A stretch of 64,000 bases of DNA from an uncultured delta proteobacterium (GTDB lineage Bacteria; Desulfobacterota; Desulfobacteria; Desulfobacterales; SpSt-501), in contig CAWBSC010000023.1 of the NCBI GenBank assembly GCA_963791285.1, forward strand, positions 399,767 through 463,766, given 5' to 3'. Under the pieces are notes generated by a model. That model had not been told where the DNA came from, searched no databases, and saw nothing but the letters and a program-made list of their open reading frames with translations. Both the position numbers and the translations under genes were made by a program. Shown here one piece after another: positions 63,565 to 64,000 of the stretch (the stretch's first letter is position 1; each line of letters starts with the position of its first letter).

Positions 63565-64000
63565 TCCCTTTATCCCATAGCACAGCCACTTGAAGCGCTG
63601 GCGCGCGGCGGGGGGCAGGTCGGCGCCGATGCGCGCCAGGAAAAGGTTCTCGGGCTTGAGGCAGAGGTTGGCCTCGTTGGTCGCGTGCTCCCGGAACCCG
63701 CCCGGCGCGAACAGCCGGGCCATCATGCGACGGTAGGCGACAGCGTCCAGGCCGAGCCCCCGCAGGTCCCAGCTCCAGGCGTAGCCGACCACCACGACCG
63801 CCCACTCCTCGATCCGGGGATGTCGGGCGAGCAGGCCGAGCACGGCCCCGGCGATGCCGCGGCCGCGCCGGCTCCGGCTGGTTTCGATTGCGCCGACCTC
63901 CATCACCTCGTCCATCGCGGCCCAGCGCTCCTCGGGCCCGGGCCGGCACAGAACCCCGTAGCCCACGATCCGGTCTGCGGCCAGGGCGAGCACGACCTCG
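63562..64000 (-). CDS. GNAT-family N-acetyltransferase; 5' end outside the window
   Basis: The frame is open to the window end. RSRRGRGIAGAVLGLL matches GNAT motif A. Confidence 0.7.
   Translation of the reverse strand, partial: EVVLALAADRIVGYGVLCRPGPEERWAAMDEVMEVGAIETSRSRRGRGIAGAVLGLLARHPRIEEWAVVVVGYAWSWDLRGLGLDAVAYRRMMARLFAPGGFREHATNEANLCLKPENLFLARIGADLPPAARQRFKWLCYGIKG

Noticed and set aside
1-64000. Search for tRNA, rRNA, tmRNA, RNase P RNA, IS elements, integrases and phage or defence genes
   Set aside because: I recognised none by eye in any intergenic region or ORF translation. A covariance-model or HMM scan would be needed to exclude small RNAs.

Overview
High-GC (roughly two-thirds G+C by eye) bacterial chromosomal window. 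It is densely coded and mostly transcribed on the minus strand. I found no rRNA, tRNA, CRISPR array, IS element or integrase. The gene content (B12-radical-SAM enzymes, an Hdr-like flavin/Fe-S cluster with a probable selenocysteine codon, thiolase, acs/prpE) suggests an anaerobic Desulfobacterota-like organism; this is inference only.

Layout:
(1) 1-26.5 kb: a large glycosylation island, almost entirely co-directional. It holds TPR proteins; GT2, GT4, GT9-like, CgeB-like and OGT-like (GT41) glycosyltransferases; a GT/methyltransferase/deacetylase fusion; CmcI-type and FkbM-type methyltransferases; two paralogous B12-binding radical SAM enzymes; a SPASM radical SAM enzyme; a CDP-glucose-derived 6-deoxyhexose pathway (rfbF, rfbG, 3,5-epimerase, reductase); and a MerR regulator. 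I see no membrane protein, flippase, polymerase or lipid-carrier transferase. I therefore read it as a candidate cytoplasmic protein-glycosylation system building a C-/O-methylated CDP-activated sugar. This is the most interesting system in the window.
(2) 26.8-31 kb: poorly characterised genes (TPR/Ig-like, PAS-like, an unknown 353-aa protein, a small His-rich protein, TVP38).
(3) 31-40 kb: housekeeping genes (radC, gpsA, gyrA, thiolase, rarA, der).
(4) 40.4-44.9 kb: isochorismatase plus an HdrA-like / MvhD-fusion / HdrD-like cluster. Its last gene is interrupted only by an in-frame TGA that replaces a conserved Cys and is followed by a hairpin, so it is a likely selenoprotein.
(5) 45-64 kb: MFS, serA, trpB2, TetR, acs, an OFA-type MFS, prpE, aminotransferases, a lipoprotein, a lytic transglycosylase, glycerate kinase, a C39-like peptidase and a GNAT.

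Several conserved genes (gpsA, trpB2, acs, prpE, an aminotransferase and a small Cys-rich ORF) carry single-nucleotide indels, while their protein sequence stays well conserved in the shifted frames. That pattern points to sequencing or assembly indels rather than true decay. Intergenic 7-8 bp tandem-repeat hairpins, an AT-rich islet next to a truncated exonuclease gene, and a long leader upstream of acs are also noted.

All calls come from reading translations and motifs by eye. Motif coordinates may be off by 1-2 nt.
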